Assembly: GCA_000320545.1 (NCBI GenBank)
Contig: ADNK01000782.1
Coordinates: forward strand, 1-40,947
DNA from: Bigelowiella natans CCMP2755
Taxonomy: Eukaryota > Protista > Cercozoa
Length of the DNA stretch: 40,947 nt
Direction of reading: 5' to 3'
Part shown: in pieces, positions 39,292 through 40,947 of the stretch
Layout of the letters: each line of letters opens with the position of its first letter
How positions within the stretch are numbered: position 1 is the stretch's first letter
The notes under the pieces: generated by a model
Databases searched by the model: none
What the model was told of the DNA's origin: nothing
The model's input: only the letters and a program-made list of their open reading frames with translations
Position numbers and translations under genes: made by a program

Positions 39292-39566
39292 TGTTGCGCG
39301 TAAGGTGTTCACAGGCCGAGGCGCTACGTGCACAAGTAGGCAGGGGGGGGGAAAGGCACGTTTGCTTCCTTTTGAAGAGTTGTGTTTATTTTTATTAAAG
39401 ATTATATTTTTATTAAATCGTGCACTGCGTAATCATTCGCGAAGCTTTCGCGAATGCCGCCGCACGTGGGGCAGCACACTTCCGGTGTGCTGCCATGAGT
39501 CCCGCCGGAACCCACGTGCCTATGCTGTATTAATATCTACGTTATCTATATTCTATATCCGCGACA
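39292..39566 (-). repeat. 3' LTR (275 bp) of a Ty3/gypsy-like element
   Basis: Plus-strand ends TGTTGCG...CGCGACA (TG..CA, imperfect terminal inverted repeat). AATAAA signals on the minus strand (~39385-39413). Purine tract AAAGGGG immediately upstream on the minus strand (39568-39574). 226 bp identical to 40722-40947. Confidence 0.9.
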
Positions 39567-39668
39567 ACCCCTTTGTTGTCGCACGTGACTTGTGCCCGCG
39601 TAGTGGTACGCGCTACACCTCCCCCAAGTCACGTTGCTCCTTCCTTCCTTCCTTATTCCCTTAGACCT

Positions 39669-40721
39669 TCATCGCTTTCGGAACTTCACCAACCACCAGG
39701 TAATAGATTCCTCTCTAACCTTATCTCCTTTGTCGCTTACCCAGAACTCACCTTCGTCCTTAGGTTCGTGTCCATACCAGCCCTCTGCATCAAGGTCCCC
39801 CAGGACCTTATACCAGTGCTCAAAGGGTAAGTCGGGAACAGCTAGGTAGAGTAGCTGATATTTTCCGTCCTTTATTTTCATAGCTACCCTCTCCATATTT
39901 CGTAATCCAGGGTAGCCTAGATAGACAATCTTCATGCGCCAATCGTCGTTCACCCTGACCTTATTGTTTCCATATTCCACATCGAACTTAGGTCGGGGTC
40001 CTAAACAAGGCATTGCTCGCTCCCACACAGTAGGGTTTACTTTAACATCCTCTAGGAGCTTCTCACCGATATCATAATTCTTTAGGTGACTGATGTGGCG
40101 CAAGGTGACCCTGTTCCCATCATAGATGTAGTACTGCTTCCTCCCCTTCCTCTCGGTAACCTTTGCAACGCCACCCCAGAAGGGGTCTTGTTTATTTCTC
40201 GATCTCAGATTTACCTTGGCCCTAACATACTGTCCTTCCTTTAGAACTCGGCCATCGTACGGGACCTTCTCGTCTTCGCTCTCGGTATCGTCGTCGTTGT
40301 CGTCGCCTTCTTCCCTCTCCTTATCCTTGATACCTCCCCCAGACGTGAAGGTGTCGTTTACTAACCCTTGTATCTTGTCTGGTGTGGTGCTATTTATCCT
40401 GCTTAGGTTGGCCAAGGTGCGGTGGAGTCGCTCTACCTTGGAGTTGGACTGGGCATAGTATACAGGTGAGGCATCAATATTAGGGTGTGGTAGCTGTAGA
40501 AGAGAGGTCTCATTATCCACATGTAACTTCTTTGGTATCTTGTTTATGCTAACTTCATCAGGGATAGCCTGGAGCTCAGACTCCCAGGTACGGTAGCAGT
40601 TAGTAAGCCTCTGCTTATATAAGCCTTTGTTCTTCTTAGCAACGTTGACCTTGATAATCTTTTTAACCCAGCACTTTCCAGTGGCCACATCAACGAAGGT
40701 AAGGTAGTGGAAGCCAAAGGT
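39669..40721 (-). pseudogene. 5'-truncated pol: integrase core, SH3-like region and DAM-methyltransferase-like C-terminal domain
   Basis: FHYLTFVDVATG, LHVDN (second catalytic D), YAQSNSKVERLHRTL (catalytic E), LKEGQYVRAK...KQDPFWGG...RHISHLK. The first 14 aa of the ORF-track entry come from the LTR, not pol. Confidence 0.85.
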
Positions 40722-40947
40722 TGTTGCGCGTAAGGTGTTCACAGGCCGAGGCGCTACGTGCACAAGTAGGCAGGGGGGGGGAAAGGCACGTTTGCTTCCT
40801 TTTGAAGAGTTGTGTTTATTTTTATTAAAGATTATATTTTTATTAAATCGTGCACTGCGTAATCATTCGCGAAGCTTTCGCGAATGCCGCCGCACGTGGG
40901 GCAGCACACTTCCGGTGTGCTGCCATGAGTCCCGCCGGAACCCACGT
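40722..40947 (-). repeat. Second LTR copy (truncated by window end)
   Basis: Base-for-base identical to 39292-39517 on visual comparison. Confidence 0.9.

Larger units (their letters stand above)
39292..40947 (-). mobile_element. Ty3/gypsy-like LTR retrotransposon 3' portion, interrupted by a second identical LTR
   Basis: LTR, PPT and pol C-terminus in the order integrase core, SH3/GPY-F-like segment, extra domain. Integrase lying last in pol fits Ty3/gypsy order. Confidence 0.85.

Noticed and set aside
39669-40721. Apparent TpA richness in the retroelement suggesting RIP-like mutation
   Set aside because: The reading frame is intact, the LTRs are identical, and I did not quantify the bias.
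39292-40947. Direct repeats with hairpins as a CRISPR array, or as a complete 1.7-kb element with an ORF starting at 40763
   Set aside because: Only two long copies with LTR hallmarks and no spacers; the ORF start is LTR read-through and the integrase is truncated.
1-40947. tRNA, rRNA, snRNA or spliced-leader genes
   Set aside because: No cloverleaf, box A/B or rRNA-like signature recognised by eye; tRNAscan-SE or Infernal would be needed to exclude them formally.

Overview
Eukaryotic (protist-like) nuclear DNA with the standard genetic code and many short spliceosomal introns (GT-AG, at least two GC-AG). Most entries in the ORF track are microsatellite artefacts. Manual splicing gives ten genes in strictly alternating orientation: ankyrin-repeat (+), PEX11 (-), PRP4-like kinase (+), CFAP20-domain (-), signal peptide/TPR/JmjC (+), SLC35A nucleotide-sugar transporter (-), secreted ~540-aa protein (+), CaMK-like pseudokinase (-), intronless membrane protein (+), C2H2 zinc finger (-). 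A Ty3/gypsy-type LTR element ends the window, with an identical LTR copy interrupting its integrase. Main findings: (1) the secreted, intron-poor protein carries motifs resembling a bacterial polymorphic-toxin/effector domain (HGT candidate); (2) the integrase is fused to a degenerate DAM-like adenine-methyltransferase domain; (3) the tail-to-tail spacers share a palindrome-rich composition; (4) the CaMK homologue has K->R and DFG->NFS substitutions. Family assignments come from motif recognition by eye, not database searches. The organism cannot be determined from the sequence.
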